64,000 nt of DNA from a virus (Duplodnaviria > Caudoviricetes). The first letter of the stretch is position 1. The number at the start of each line of letters is the position of its first letter. Under the pieces are notes generated by a model. The model did no database searches. It was given only the letters and a program-made list of their open reading frames with translations, and was not told the DNA's origin. This document shows, piece by piece, positions 37,473-47,700 of the stretch. The DNA lies in the IMG/VR virus record IMGVR_UViG_3300045747_000505, one strand, 5' to 3'. The position numbers and the translations under genes are program-made.

Positions 37473-38597
37473 ATGTTCCCGACCATCAACCATCTCAACG
37501 ACCTGCTCCCGTACATTCAGGACAACCCGCAAATCCGGGTGAAGGTCGAGCCGAACGGCATGACCGTCGTGTGCTACATGCTGCAAGACGAGGACACCTT
37601 CTCGGGTGCCAACGCCGACTTCGCTGCCGAGTGCCGTGGCATCACCTTTCACCAGAATGGCAAGATCGCTGCTCGTACCCTCCACAAGTTCTTCAACGTT
37701 GGTCAGGAAGACAGCACCCGTCCGGAGAACATCGACTGGACCAAGGTCGTTCGCATCATGGACAAGCGTGATGGTTCGATGATCACTCCGGTCCTGGTCG
37801 GCGGTCTCGTGAAGTGCAAGACCAAGAAGTCGTTCGACACCAAGGAAGCGGCGCTGGCCGATTCGCTGGTGCGCGCTGATCCGGCGAAGCTGCAGTGGGT
37901 GAACGATCTGCTGCTTTGCGGCTACACCCCGACCTTCGAGGTGACCTCGCCGTCGCTGCCGATCGTGCTGCTCTACGACAAGGACGAGCTGACCCTGCTT
38001 CACATTCGCTCGAACCGCACCGGTCGCTATCTGGACGAGGACGAGGTCAAGGCGTTCAAGCCGCCGTTCCCAATGGTCGAGAACGTGATGCAACGGTTCG
38101 TCGATGAGGCCACTGGCCTGGTCGACTGGGCGCTGCTGAAGGAAGCTGCTGAGGTCGCCACTGGTGTCGAGGGCTGGGTCATCCAGTTCGAGAACGGCGA
38201 CATGGTCAAGCTGAAGACTCAGTGGTACTGCGACCTGCATCACTCGGTGACCTTCACCCGGTGGCGTGACATCGCCCGCTCGGTGGTTGCGGACCAGTCC
38301 GACGACTTGAAGGGCGCGTTCGCGATGACCGGTCGTTCGATCGAGCCGATTCTGACCGTCGAGCGTGGCATCAAGGGCAAGATCGAAACCGCCAAGATGG
38401 CGGTGAAGGAGATCGTGTTGCTGGGCGTCGTGACCGAGAAGGACGTCAAGGCCATGGCCATGGAGTACAAGTCGCACCCGATGTTCGGTCAGATCATGCG
38501 CGCCTTCCGTGGTCAAGAGATCAACTGGATGGAGTGGTACGAGAAGTTCCACCTCGACACTGATTGGTCGCTGCTGGTTGTTGGAGATGAAGCATGA
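37473..38597 (+). CDS. rnlA: RNA ligase 1 (T4 Rnl1-like)
   Basis: ECRGITF, KFFN, motif I KRDGS, TFEVTSP, EGWVI, VKLKTQWY. Confidence 0.9.
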   Translation: MFPTINHLNDLLPYIQDNPQIRVKVEPNGMTVVCYMLQDEDTFSGANADFAAECRGITFHQNGKIAARTLHKFFNVGQEDSTRPENIDWTKVVRIMDKRDGSMITPVLVGGLVKCKTKKSFDTKEAALADSLVRADPAKLQWVNDLLLCGYTPTFEVTSPSLPIVLLYDKDELTLLHIRSNRTGRYLDEDEVKAFKPPFPMVENVMQRFVDEATGLVDWALLKEAAEVATGVEGWVIQFENGDMVKLKTQWYCDLHHSVTFTRWRDIARSVVADQSDDLKGAFAMTGRSIEPILTVERGIKGKIETAKMAVKEIVLLGVVTEKDVKAMAMEYKSHPMFGQIMRAFRGQEINWMEWYEKFHLDTDWSLLVVGDEA

Positions 38598-38923
38598 GCT
38601 ATCGTGAACGCTCCCACTGGCTCCTCCTCACGCAGGAGGAGCTGAACGCCAAGCCGACTCGCGAGCTGCTCGCCATCCTGCAGTGGGCGCGGTACGTGCC
38701 GAAGTGCTCTTGCGGTCAGATGCTCGGTGACTGCGACGGTGGTCTCACGAAGGACGAGCTCGATCGCGTCGAGCAGCGCTTCGCTCTGAAGATTAGAACC
38801 AAGACTGCGCTAAATACCCTGTACGGCAGTCTGGTTCGTGAACACGTGCCAGGTCGTGCAGAGGGCAAAAAGATCCGTCGTGATCGTCAGGCTCGAAAGG
38901 AACGCAAGCAGCTGGAGTACTGA
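38594..38923 (+). CDS. Hypothetical protein
   Basis: Coupled ORF. Confidence 0.65.
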   Translation: MSYRERSHWLLLTQEELNAKPTRELLAILQWARYVPKCSCGQMLGDCDGGLTKDELDRVEQRFALKIRTKTALNTLYGSLVREHVPGRAEGKKIRRDRQARKERKQLEY

Positions 38924-38924
38924 G

Positions 38925-39101
38925 ATGATTGTAGATGCCCACACCGTTGTTGATGACCTGTTCGAGTTCCTCTACCAAGAGCGTGACGAGCTGAACGCTG
39001 GGCACGCTGAGTCGCGCGAGGAGATGGTGCATCGACACAAGGAAGTTGGCATCATCCTCACCGAGCTGAAGCGCCTCATCGCACTACACACCACTGAGTG
39101 A
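38925..39101 (+). CDS. Hypothetical protein
   Basis: GGAG RBS, coupled. Confidence 0.55.
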   Translation: MIVDAHTVVDDLFEFLYQERDELNAGHAESREEMVHRHKEVGIILTELKRLIALHTTE

Positions 39102-39331
39102 TCATGAAACACGAAGTTGAAGAAGCGCAGCGGTTGCTGCAACCAATGCTTGACCTGTTCGGCGGTGCCGATGGTGGCGTTGCGTTCGCCAAGCTTCGGC
39201 ACGGATTCCTGCCGGACATCATCAGAGTGCACACCGAGAAGTCAACCCAAACGTCGGAGGACTTTCTGCGAATGGTCGAGCAGTTCTCAAGGCTTTGCCA
39301 GCTGATGCTGGACCAGAGCAAAAAGGGTTAG
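39098..39331 (+). CDS. Hypothetical protein
   Basis: Coupled ORF. Confidence 0.55.
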   Translation: MIMKHEVEEAQRLLQPMLDLFGGADGGVAFAKLRHGFLPDIIRVHTEKSTQTSEDFLRMVEQFSRLCQLMLDQSKKG

Positions 39332-39540
39332 AGCGACGAACCCAGATTGCGCTCGATCAGCGCATCGATCTTCTCCAACGACTGCTTCAACACCAACCCG
39401 ATCTGAGGATGGGAGCGAAACGCCCACGCCTTTTCTTGCAGCTGGGATCGAACATCGACCAGCTGCATAGGGGTAAGGGTCTCCCAAGTGTTCGCTGGCG
39501 GGATCGGCTTGGTGGCTTCGTCGACGTACTGAATTGACAT
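39328..39540 (-). CDS. Hypothetical late protein
   Basis: AGGAG RBS; minus-strand TAAATA 39565-39570. Confidence 0.65.
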   Translation of the reverse strand: MSIQYVDEATKPIPPANTWETLTPMQLVDVRSQLQEKAWAFRSHPQIGLVLKQSLEKIDALIERNLGSSL

Positions 39541-39629
39541 AGGCTGCTCCTGAGTTTGACTGACTATTTATGTTCGTTCAACGGCGGACTATAAATAGAA
39601 TCAGAACAACACTTACCGCGAGCACTTAC

Positions 39630-40004
39630 ATGGCGTTCACTCTTCTTCAGCAAGTCTCCGTCTTCGAAGGTCAAGGACCTGTCTCGGTCAAGCTCACCCT
39701 TGGCGAGATCATTCGCGACGGTAAGGTCACGAACCCTTATCAAATCTACGTGCTCTCGTGGTTGTCCGAGTTCTTCAAGAACGGGCAGAAGTCAGCTGCC
39801 CTTCAGCTCGAGATGCCAGTCTCGATTGGCAGCAACGCGACAAATACCGAAGTCATCGACAGTCTCAAGAAGATGTCGCCTGCCGACCAAGTTCACCTTG
39901 CCCAGTACCTCAGTGATTGCATAGATGCCGGCGAATCGGCGGTGCACGACGCGAAGTCGACCATTGTGGATTGGATGAAGTTCGTTCTGCACAAGCAGAA
40001 GTAA
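39630..40004 (+). CDS. Hypothetical late protein
   Basis: TAAATA 39592-39597. Confidence 0.7.
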   Translation: MAFTLLQQVSVFEGQGPVSVKLTLGEIIRDGKVTNPYQIYVLSWLSEFFKNGQKSAALQLEMPVSIGSNATNTEVIDSLKKMSPADQVHLAQYLSDCIDAGESAVHDAKSTIVDWMKFVLHKQK

Positions 40005-40170
40005 AGAATTCACGTCGAGTAATCGACCTCTGAAAGCCGACGCTGGTCAATCCTACAAATAGTGAATCGCTATTGCGACTCAAGCACTCTCCTCAGACCA
40101 GCCCGTTCGGTAACTCGCGCCTCGACTAACGTCGAGGTATTCCGTCCTCCCTGTTTTCGTAGGAGAAATA

Positions 40171-40965
40171 ATGGGAAGAAGACTCGCACTGGCATCAAAG
40201 CAAAAGTATCCACAAGACTCTAAGTCTGCTCAACTTCACGAGGGAAAAGCTATTCGACTGCGCAACAATCCAACCCCACAATCGGCCTCTCAAGAGTACT
40301 ACCTTGAGTCGCTGAACAATGCCGATGTCACAATCGGAACAGGGCCAGCCGGCTCTGGCAAGTCCTTTCTGGCGATGTCCGTCGCCGTCAAGAAGCTCCT
40401 CGATGGAGACGTCCAGCGGGTCGTGATCACACGGCCAATCGTTGAGGCGGGTGAATCACTTGGCTTTCTGCCAGGCACCTTCGAGGAGAAAATCTCTCCG
40501 TACCTCCTCCCACTGCTCGATGCGCTGCAGGACCTAGTCGGTCCGACGATGGCGAAGAAACTCCTCGACGAGAAGAAGATCGAGTTTGCTCCGTTGGCGT
40601 ACATGCGCGGTCGCACGTTCAACAACTGCTACGTCATTCTTGACGAGGCGCAGAACACGACCATTGAGCAGATGAAGCTGTTCCTGACCCGCATCGGCAA
40701 CTACTCGCGGTTCGCTGTGAATGGTGATGCAAGTCAGACGGACCTTCGTGGAGTGCCGGAGACTGGACTTGAGTGGGCAGTACGAAAGCTGCGTGGTCGC
40801 ATGGAAGGGATCAACGTGATCGAGTTTAGCCATAGCGACGTCGTCCGCTCCGAGGTGCTGAAGCGCATGCTGAAGTATCTCGACGCGCCGGATGAGCGTG
40901 TTGTGCGCGAGCCGCGAGCCGCTCGCGCCACCGGTGGTGTGAAGCCTGCTATCTTCGCAGGCTAA
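40171..40965 (+). CDS. phoH: PhoH-family ATPase
   Basis: GPAGSGKS, TRPIVEAGESLGFLPG, APLAYMRGRTF, LDEAQN, GDASQTD. Confidence 0.95.
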   Translation: MGRRLALASKQKYPQDSKSAQLHEGKAIRLRNNPTPQSASQEYYLESLNNADVTIGTGPAGSGKSFLAMSVAVKKLLDGDVQRVVITRPIVEAGESLGFLPGTFEEKISPYLLPLLDALQDLVGPTMAKKLLDEKKIEFAPLAYMRGRTFNNCYVILDEAQNTTIEQMKLFLTRIGNYSRFAVNGDASQTDLRGVPETGLEWAVRKLRGRMEGINVIEFSHSDVVRSEVLKRMLKYLDAPDERVVREPRAARATGGVKPAIFAG

Positions 40966-40984
40966 GGAGCCCGCCGCACCTTTG

Positions 40985-41009
40985 AAGGGACCCTTGTGGT
41001 CCCTTTTTT
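40985..41009 (+). terminator. Rho-independent terminator
   Basis: AAGGGACC-CTTGT-GGTCCCTT then TTTT. Confidence 0.85.
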
Positions 41010-41084
41010 GCGTAAATACATTTGCGCTTTGTTAGACAGTCGGCCTTAAGCGCGTCCATTATCCCCAGCCGACGAGGAGTCATC

Positions 41085-43118
41085 ATGAGCTACACATTCA
41101 ACTACACAAACGCCGCGCTGAACAACAAGGCACCATTCAGCGTTGCCGTCGGCACGCTTGACACGACCACCACGGACTTGACCTTCACCGGCAAGGGCGC
41201 TGCGAACTTTGGTCAAGCACAGCAAACCAATCTTCTTCGCCTGCTTGAGAACTTCGCCAACACGACCGAACCGACTCACGCCACCATCGGTCAGCTCTGG
41301 TATGACTCGTCTGAACGCACTCTCAAGGTCTGCACGCAGTCCACGCCGACCAAGGTCTGGCAAGAGCTGAATGGCGTTCAAGTCACGGACATTGGTGAGC
41401 CAGCACCTGGCACCGTGTCGCTTCCACCGCTGCTCGGTGACATGTGGCTTCAGCGCACTGGCACTGGCTCTGGCTATCTCTACGTCTTCACTGGGCTCGG
41501 ACGCTATCCAACGACGGCAACTACCATCGGCGGCTGGGAGCAGATTTGGCCCGCCGTTGAAGTCTACGCTGGACGCGACGAGTATGACTCGATGCGTCAG
41601 CTGCTTGACATGCTCTGCGGCGTCGGTGTCTCGACCTACGGGTCTGGAGCCATTGGGCACTCGACCAGCGCGTCAAACCTGACTGACTTCGCAGCACTCG
41701 ACCTCGACCTGCGCACCAAGTACAAGGCGCTCGGTGTCGATGCCAACGTGCTGTACTCGCCGAACTCCGAGCTTGGCATCAGCGAGCAGGACATCAGCAA
41801 GACGCTCTTCTACTTCAACGATGCGAACACCTCTGGCGACGGTTACCTCAGCGGACCTGACGTTGGTGGCTACCCATCGCTGACCTCAGCCGGTTCATTC
41901 CTTCTCGATGGTGTCGTCACCGCCGTAGCTGCGCAAACTCCAATCTGGCACAGTCAGCAGGTTGATGGTGGCTACATCATGTACGACGGCACCAACGCGC
42001 TGGTCGCCACGAACGTTGGTGCTCTCACGGCTGACTACTTCGTCGTTCAGCAGCTGCCGACTGGTCAGTGGCAGTATGACAACAACACAACGTGGGTCAA
42101 CTTCACGCCAGCTGCCAATCAGCTCATCATCGGCACCATCACGTCTGGTCTCGACAACAACTCGCTCAGTCCAGTCGACATCGTCGCAATCGTCTGGGCG
42201 CACGCTGTACCGTTGGTGGTCGCTCGTCCGAAGTACGAACATCTGAAGGTCGAGCCGAACTCACAGGACTGGGACGCTCTGCTCTCAGTCGTGAAGTACG
42301 CGCTCAGCCGTCTTGACCTGCCAGCTGGTTTCACTCGCACCGTCAGTCAGCTGCCGTTCGTCTGCGACGGTCGTCAGGTGCCAGCATCGCTTCAAGGTCT
42401 CGCCACCACCGACGTTCGCTATCCATCGCCAGCTCGTCGAGCCGGTCGTCGTGGTTCATCCGTTGGTCTTGGACAATCATTCGCTGAGACCATCAACGCA
42501 TTGAACGTTGCCATCGACAATCGCTTCTCGCTGCGTGGCATCAACGGCGCCTCTGGCACGAACACCACGCTGCTCTCGACAGCCAGCATCGACACTGGGC
42601 TCACCGCAACTGGCGCGCCAACCGTCGTTGGCGTCACAACGGATGCAACGTTCCGACTTTCATTCGCGTCCGATGACCAGCTGATGCGCTGGCTTGGTGC
42701 TGGCTCCGCCATTCGCTTTGCCTTCACGCACACTGGTGGCGCTAGCCCAGGCGACACGAACCTGCGCACGCTGTTCAGCAGCGGTCTGTACGTCATCACC
42801 GCTGACCGAGTCCGCGTCTTCGACAGTACCGCCTCGCTGCACGCCACTCAGGCAACCGTGGGCATGGGGCTGTGGAATGCTACAGCCGGTGGTCAGCAGC
42901 TCGCTACGTACACCAACGGCGCTACGCTGACGGTCTTTGCCGCCGTGTCTCGAACAATTGGTTCGGTCTATTTCGATATCACCTTCGTCCTCACTCCAAA
43001 TGGTGCGGTTGCTGGTTCTTTGTCGACCGTGATTACTTTGGTTCAAGACCACGAAAATAGCGGCGCAGTTTACCCAATTTTGACCAACGCAAATCTGACC
43101 GCAACGAATAGTTTCTAA
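41085..43118 (+). CDS. Virion structural protein (baseplate/tail-associated)
   Basis: N-terminal GKG..NFG..Q.TNLLRLLENFA...P...IGQLWYD, a motif typical of large-myophage virion proteins; TAAATA 41013-41018. Confidence 0.75.
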   Translation: MSYTFNYTNAALNNKAPFSVAVGTLDTTTTDLTFTGKGAANFGQAQQTNLLRLLENFANTTEPTHATIGQLWYDSSERTLKVCTQSTPTKVWQELNGVQVTDIGEPAPGTVSLPPLLGDMWLQRTGTGSGYLYVFTGLGRYPTTATTIGGWEQIWPAVEVYAGRDEYDSMRQLLDMLCGVGVSTYGSGAIGHSTSASNLTDFAALDLDLRTKYKALGVDANVLYSPNSELGISEQDISKTLFYFNDANTSGDGYLSGPDVGGYPSLTSAGSFLLDGVVTAVAAQTPIWHSQQVDGGYIMYDGTNALVATNVGALTADYFVVQQLPTGQWQYDNNTTWVNFTPAANQLIIGTITSGLDNNSLSPVDIVAIVWAHAVPLVVARPKYEHLKVEPNSQDWDALLSVVKYALSRLDLPAGFTRTVSQLPFVCDGRQVPASLQGLATTDVRYPSPARRAGRRGSSVGLGQSFAETINALNVAIDNRFSLRGINGASGTNTTLLSTASIDTGLTATGAPTVVGVTTDATFRLSFASDDQLMRWLGAGSAIRFAFTHTGGASPGDTNLRTLFSSGLYVITADRVRVFDSTASLHATQATVGMGLWNATAGGQQLATYTNGATLTVFAAVSRTIGSVYFDITFVLTPNGAVAGSLSTVITLVQDHENSGAVYPILTNANLTATNSF

Positions 43119-43215
43119 CCAGCATTATTCGGTGTACACGGGGTTCGTTTTACTCTATAATGAGCCATCGCTTCGAGAAAGCGAACCCCGTTAATCCAAA
43201 CTAGAGGAGCAGATT

Positions 43216-43482
43216 TTGATCCCAACCCGTGCACCCGTTATCGCCACCGGTCAACTCTTTCTCAACGAGGCTCTCAACGAATACCTCATAGTGACCAAAA
43301 ATGTTCGAGGTCAAATCTATTACGCTGGACCTGGCTTTCGTGGTTTCTCGGAGGACAATAGCTTCGTCGAGCGTTTTCAACCCGTGGATCCGGCTGACGT
43401 CGAGCCGACAGAACTTCGGACGCTGATCGAGTTCTGCCCAATTGGCACTCGCGCTGCGACCGGCTATATTGCAAAGGACTAA
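43216..43482 (+). CDS. Hypothetical protein
   Basis: TTG start after GAGGAG. Confidence 0.65.
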   Translation: MIPTRAPVIATGQLFLNEALNEYLIVTKNVRGQIYYAGPGFRGFSEDNSFVERFQPVDPADVEPTELRTLIEFCPIGTRAATGYIAKD

Positions 43483-43487
43483 ATCAA

Positions 43488-43964
43488 ATGGCTATTATCT
43501 CAACACGAATGCTTGGCGAGGGAACTGACGAACAGTTTCTCAAGGAGCTTCGAGACGAAATTCAACTCCGCGCCAATCGAGTTCTCGGCGCCAACGCCAT
43601 TCAAATCACCACAGATAAGGTCGATTTGATGTCGTCGCTGTCCGGCCTGATCGAAGGTTACGAGAACGCGACCATGACGATGCTGAGCGATATTCGTGGC
43701 TACCAGCTCACCAACGCCATCATGCAGGTCGAGCTGTCTCAAGCGGCAGCGACGATTCGCGCTTTGACCGCCGTTCCATACGATGCCGCCCTTGATTCGG
43801 CGGTGACCGAGTTCATGGACGTGCTGACGTCAACGGTTAATGGTGCCAGCATGTCGCCGGACAATACTGTCGTCTTCGATGGGCGTCAAACGATTGGCAA
43901 GGGTGATTTGAAACCCGTGCTGCGTGAAGCCATCACGCGCTGGATCGATCAGCGCCTTTCGTAA
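43488..43964 (+). CDS. Hypothetical protein
   Basis: ORF; stop in GTAAC. Confidence 0.7.
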   Translation: MAIISTRMLGEGTDEQFLKELRDEIQLRANRVLGANAIQITTDKVDLMSSLSGLIEGYENATMTMLSDIRGYQLTNAIMQVELSQAAATIRALTAVPYDAALDSAVTEFMDVLTSTVNGASMSPDNTVVFDGRQTIGKGDLKPVLREAITRWIDQRLS

Positions 43965-44021
43965 CAAGCTCAGGATCGTTACACTTTAACCGGTGGCGAT
44001 CCACCGAATCGAGTGTATAAT
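43961..44021 (+). promoter_or_regulatory. GTAAC..GTTACAC plus -10
   Basis: TATAAT 44016-44021, 32-nt spacer with inner stem CGGTGG/CCACCG. Confidence 0.75.
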
Positions 44022-44045
44022 GGTCCTACCAACCAAGGATACCAA

Positions 44046-44477
44046 ATGACACTCGACGATCTTCAAGCCCTGCTCCTGGACCAAGATGCTTTTCGTCGTG
44101 CACTCCGTCGTGATGACGTGGTCGCCCTGCTCAAAGGCCAGTTCCGCGAAGGTCGCCTGCCGAACATTCATCAGGTGACCTTCCCCAACGGGAGCCAGCT
44201 GCGCATCAAGTTCTTCGACACGGTCAAGCGCCTCTTCAACGCCAAGAATGTCGAGCTCATCGGCAAGGAATCCTTCCTGTCCTACATGGAGATCAGCGTG
44301 CTGCCCGTCGGCAGCAAGGGCTACTTCTACACCACGGACGTGAGCCAAATCGTCTGGGGCATGTCACAGACCAAGGCTCGTGTCAAGCACGAAGCCGCCG
44401 TGGCTGCCATTCGTGACTTCGCCACCTCGCTCGACATCACGCCGACCTGGACCACGACCTACACCGAGAACTATTGA
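44046..44477 (+). CDS. Hypothetical early protein
   Basis: AAGGA RBS. Confidence 0.7.
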   Translation: MTLDDLQALLLDQDAFRRALRRDDVVALLKGQFREGRLPNIHQVTFPNGSQLRIKFFDTVKRLFNAKNVELIGKESFLSYMEISVLPVGSKGYFYTTDVSQIVWGMSQTKARVKHEAAVAAIRDFATSLDITPTWTTTYTENY

Positions 44478-44479
44478 TC

Positions 44480-44698
44480 ATGAATGCACGAATTTACGCC
44501 TTCGCTTGGTCGCTGATCATCGTCGGTCTCAGCATTGCCGTCTTCATCTGGTACGACAATGTCGGAGAAGCCTTCAATGCCTTCCACTTCGTCATCGACG
44601 GCATGTTCTCGCTGTCCGCTCTCTGGGCAGCTGGCTTCGGTGCCTTCATGATTCACGAGACCAGCCGCCCGAGCTCGATTCAGTCAATCGCTCGGTAA
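44480..44698 (+). CDS. Small membrane protein
   Basis: Two hydrophobic segments. Confidence 0.6.
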   Translation: MNARIYAFAWSLIIVGLSIAVFIWYDNVGEAFNAFHFVIDGMFSLSALWAAGFGAFMIHETSRPSSIQSIAR

Positions 44699-44700
44699 CC

Positions 44701-47700
44701 TTAGGTGCGCTGGTAGTACAGCGTGACCTTGAGACCCTTGGCACCAGCGCCAGCCGCTGCGATGTCAAGGGTAAACTCTGCATCGTCGGCGATCGTCGTA
44801 GTGATAAGCGTCGTTGCTGCAGCAGCGGTGGTGCTTGTCTTCTCAGCTGCATCAATGGTCAGCTTGGCAACTCCAAGAATTGAAGTGCCATTGACCTTGA
44901 CGTCCACCGAGGTCGTGCCCGTGCCAGCGCTCGAAAGACCTGCACGCGGAATCTGATAGAGCGTCATCGCGTACGGCGCACGGAAGGTAACCTTCGCGGT
45001 GCCCGTGCTCAATGCCGTCGTCTCATCGCTGAGCGCAATGACCATGAACTCGCCGCTGTCCTTCCAGACCGGTGATGCTGCACCGGCAGAGGTAAGCACT
45101 TGACCCGTGGTACCAGTTGCCGTGCCAGTTGCGCCGAAGCTGACGCCGCCAGTTGATGTGACGCGCATCTTTTCGGTGCTACCAGCAACGAACGAAACGT
45201 AGCCAGCTTGACCAAGAATGGCGTTGCCTGAGGTGTCAAGCGAAAGCGTTGGCGCTGTAGTACCCGCCGAGCTATAACCAAGACGAACAGCTGCCGTTGA
45301 GCTGCGCAGCACGAGGTCACCAGCAAGCGTGCCAGTGAAGTGTTGAGCAGCAACGCCGGTCACACCAATGACCGCTTCAGCCGCAGCGCGACCAAGGTCA
45401 AGCCAAGATGCCACCGCTGTGGTAGAGCGAATCGCGACGGCAGCACCAGCGGCTGTGCCCGTGAAGGTGGTGGTCGGTGCTGTGTAGACACCGTTGCCAG
45501 CAGCAAGAACGCCACCAGCACCAACAATCTGAATTGTTCCAGTTGAGCCAGCGGTTGAAAGACCACCAGGCATTGACGTCCACGCCGGTGCCGTGGTTGC
45601 GCCAGTTGACATCAGCACTTGACCCGACGTGCCAGTGGCGGTGCCGCCTGTGCCAACAGACCATGCGCCATTTGCAAGAACGCGTAGGCGTTCGGTGGTG
45701 CCAGTCTTGACCATCAACGCAGACGAGTTGAGCGTCAGCGTGTCAGCGACGTTGGTAGTGATGGTCGTGTTGCTCGCGGTGCCGCCAAGCAGCAGCGTCG
45801 AGGTGCTGGTCACCCAAGCCAGATTGGCAGAGAATGCCGTCGCGCTGCCTGCTGATTGGAATGGGATTTGGCTGGCTGCACCGCCGAGAAGGTTGGTTGC
45901 CGTTGAAGCGCTGACAGTACCCCATGATGAGTTGATGCCGTCAGTGGTCAGCACCTTGCCAGAGTTGCCCGACTGTGCCGGTAGCACTGAGTCAGGCGTG
46001 ATGGTTGACCACACCGCTGCCGTACCGTTCGTGATGAGCGCTTTGCCGGCGTTGCCGACTTGCGACGGTAGCAGCGTTGAAGCTGAGATGGCAGCCCAAG
46101 AGCTGTTGGTGCCATCTGACGTCAGGAACTGCGTAGCGTGTCCGGCTTGTGCCGGCAGAATCGCGTTGGCTGAGAATGCAGTCCAAGAGATTGTCGTGCC
46201 GTCTGTGCCAAGATACTTGCCGCTGTTGCCAGTGATTGCTGGCAACACGTTGGACGCTGAAACAGTGGACCAAGATGAGTTCGTACCGTCGGTGGTCAAA
46301 ACCTTGTTGGCATTGCCAGCTTGAGACGGCAGCAAACCAGTCAACGCAGCCGAAGCGGTTGTAGCGCCGGTACCACCAGATGCGATGTTGAGCGTGCCAC
46401 CGAGCGTCAGCGTGCCAGTCGTGGTAATTGGACCACCAGCGAGCGTGAGACCTGTCGTGCCACCAGCGCCAGACACCGATGAGACGGTACCAAGACCAGC
46501 TGCGCTGATGATGCCAGTGGTTGAGTCATAGCTGATTGGTGCGGTTGCACTGATGGCCGTGCGGGCACGACTCGTGGTGAAGTACTGATTGGTGCCCTCG
46601 GTGATGTTCGTCGAGGACAGCACGACAGCGCCAGTGAAGCCGTTGACGCTTGACACGGCGCTTGCTGGAGTGCGGGGCTTCCACAGCGATGAGGCGGCAA
46701 CCCACGTCAGCACCTGACCATCAGTCGGTGCTGGAGCAACGGTGTCAACGTCGGCAAGAGCGTTGATGGATGAACCAGCAATGCCAGCTGCGACACGAAG
46801 GTCCGCTTGAGCGTCGGTGTAGGTCGTGCTGCCAAGGTCGGCAAGCGACGTGATGAACTTGTGAAAGATGAGACCGTCATTGGTGAACTCCCACTGGTCA
46901 AGCGCCTCGTTCCAGCGCATTGACACCTCTGGCGACGTGCCGCGATTGACGGCGAACGAAGCGTTCTGCGTCGGGACGCCAGTGACGAGGTTGAGCAGCG
47001 AGATAGAGGCGTTGCCAACGTCAAGCGAGGCTGAAGCAATGGTAGTTGTAGTGCCAGTGACCGTCAGATTGCCTTGAATGACCACGCTGCCGGAAGCGTT
47101 GATGTTGTTGAAGACTGGATTGCTGGTTGTTGCGACTGGTTGCCCAATGGCGACGACGCCGCTAGTGATGGTGATGCCCGTGCCAGCGGTGAGCGATGAA
47201 GCGGACATTGCAGAGTCAACGTACTGCTTCGTGGCTGCGTGCAACGGAACAACCGGCGCACCACTCAGCGTGATAGGACCAGACATCGTGCCGCCAGTGA
47301 GGCTCAACTTGCCGTCAAGCAGCGTCCCGACGCCGGCGGTGATGGTCGCCGTTGTTGTATCAACGTAGCTCTTGGAGGCGGCATCAAGCGCATTGACTGG
47401 GGCGCCAGAGAGCGACAGCGGACCCGTCATCGAACCGCCGGTGATGTTCAGCTTGCCGTCGAGCTGAGATTGAAAGCTGGTGTTGGCGGAGGCGATTGAT
47501 GAGATTGCCGTGTCAACATAGCCCTTTGTCACAGCGTGCAGGCTTGCTGTTGGCGCTGCGTTCAGCGTAATGAAGCCTGTCATAGTGCCGCCGGCGAGCG
47601 GCAGCTTATTGGACAGCTCGGTTGTCAGACCAGTCACGTCGGTAATGAGGTGCGAGTGGTTGGCGTTCGCCTTGGTGCTCTGCAACGTCGTGATGTTGCC

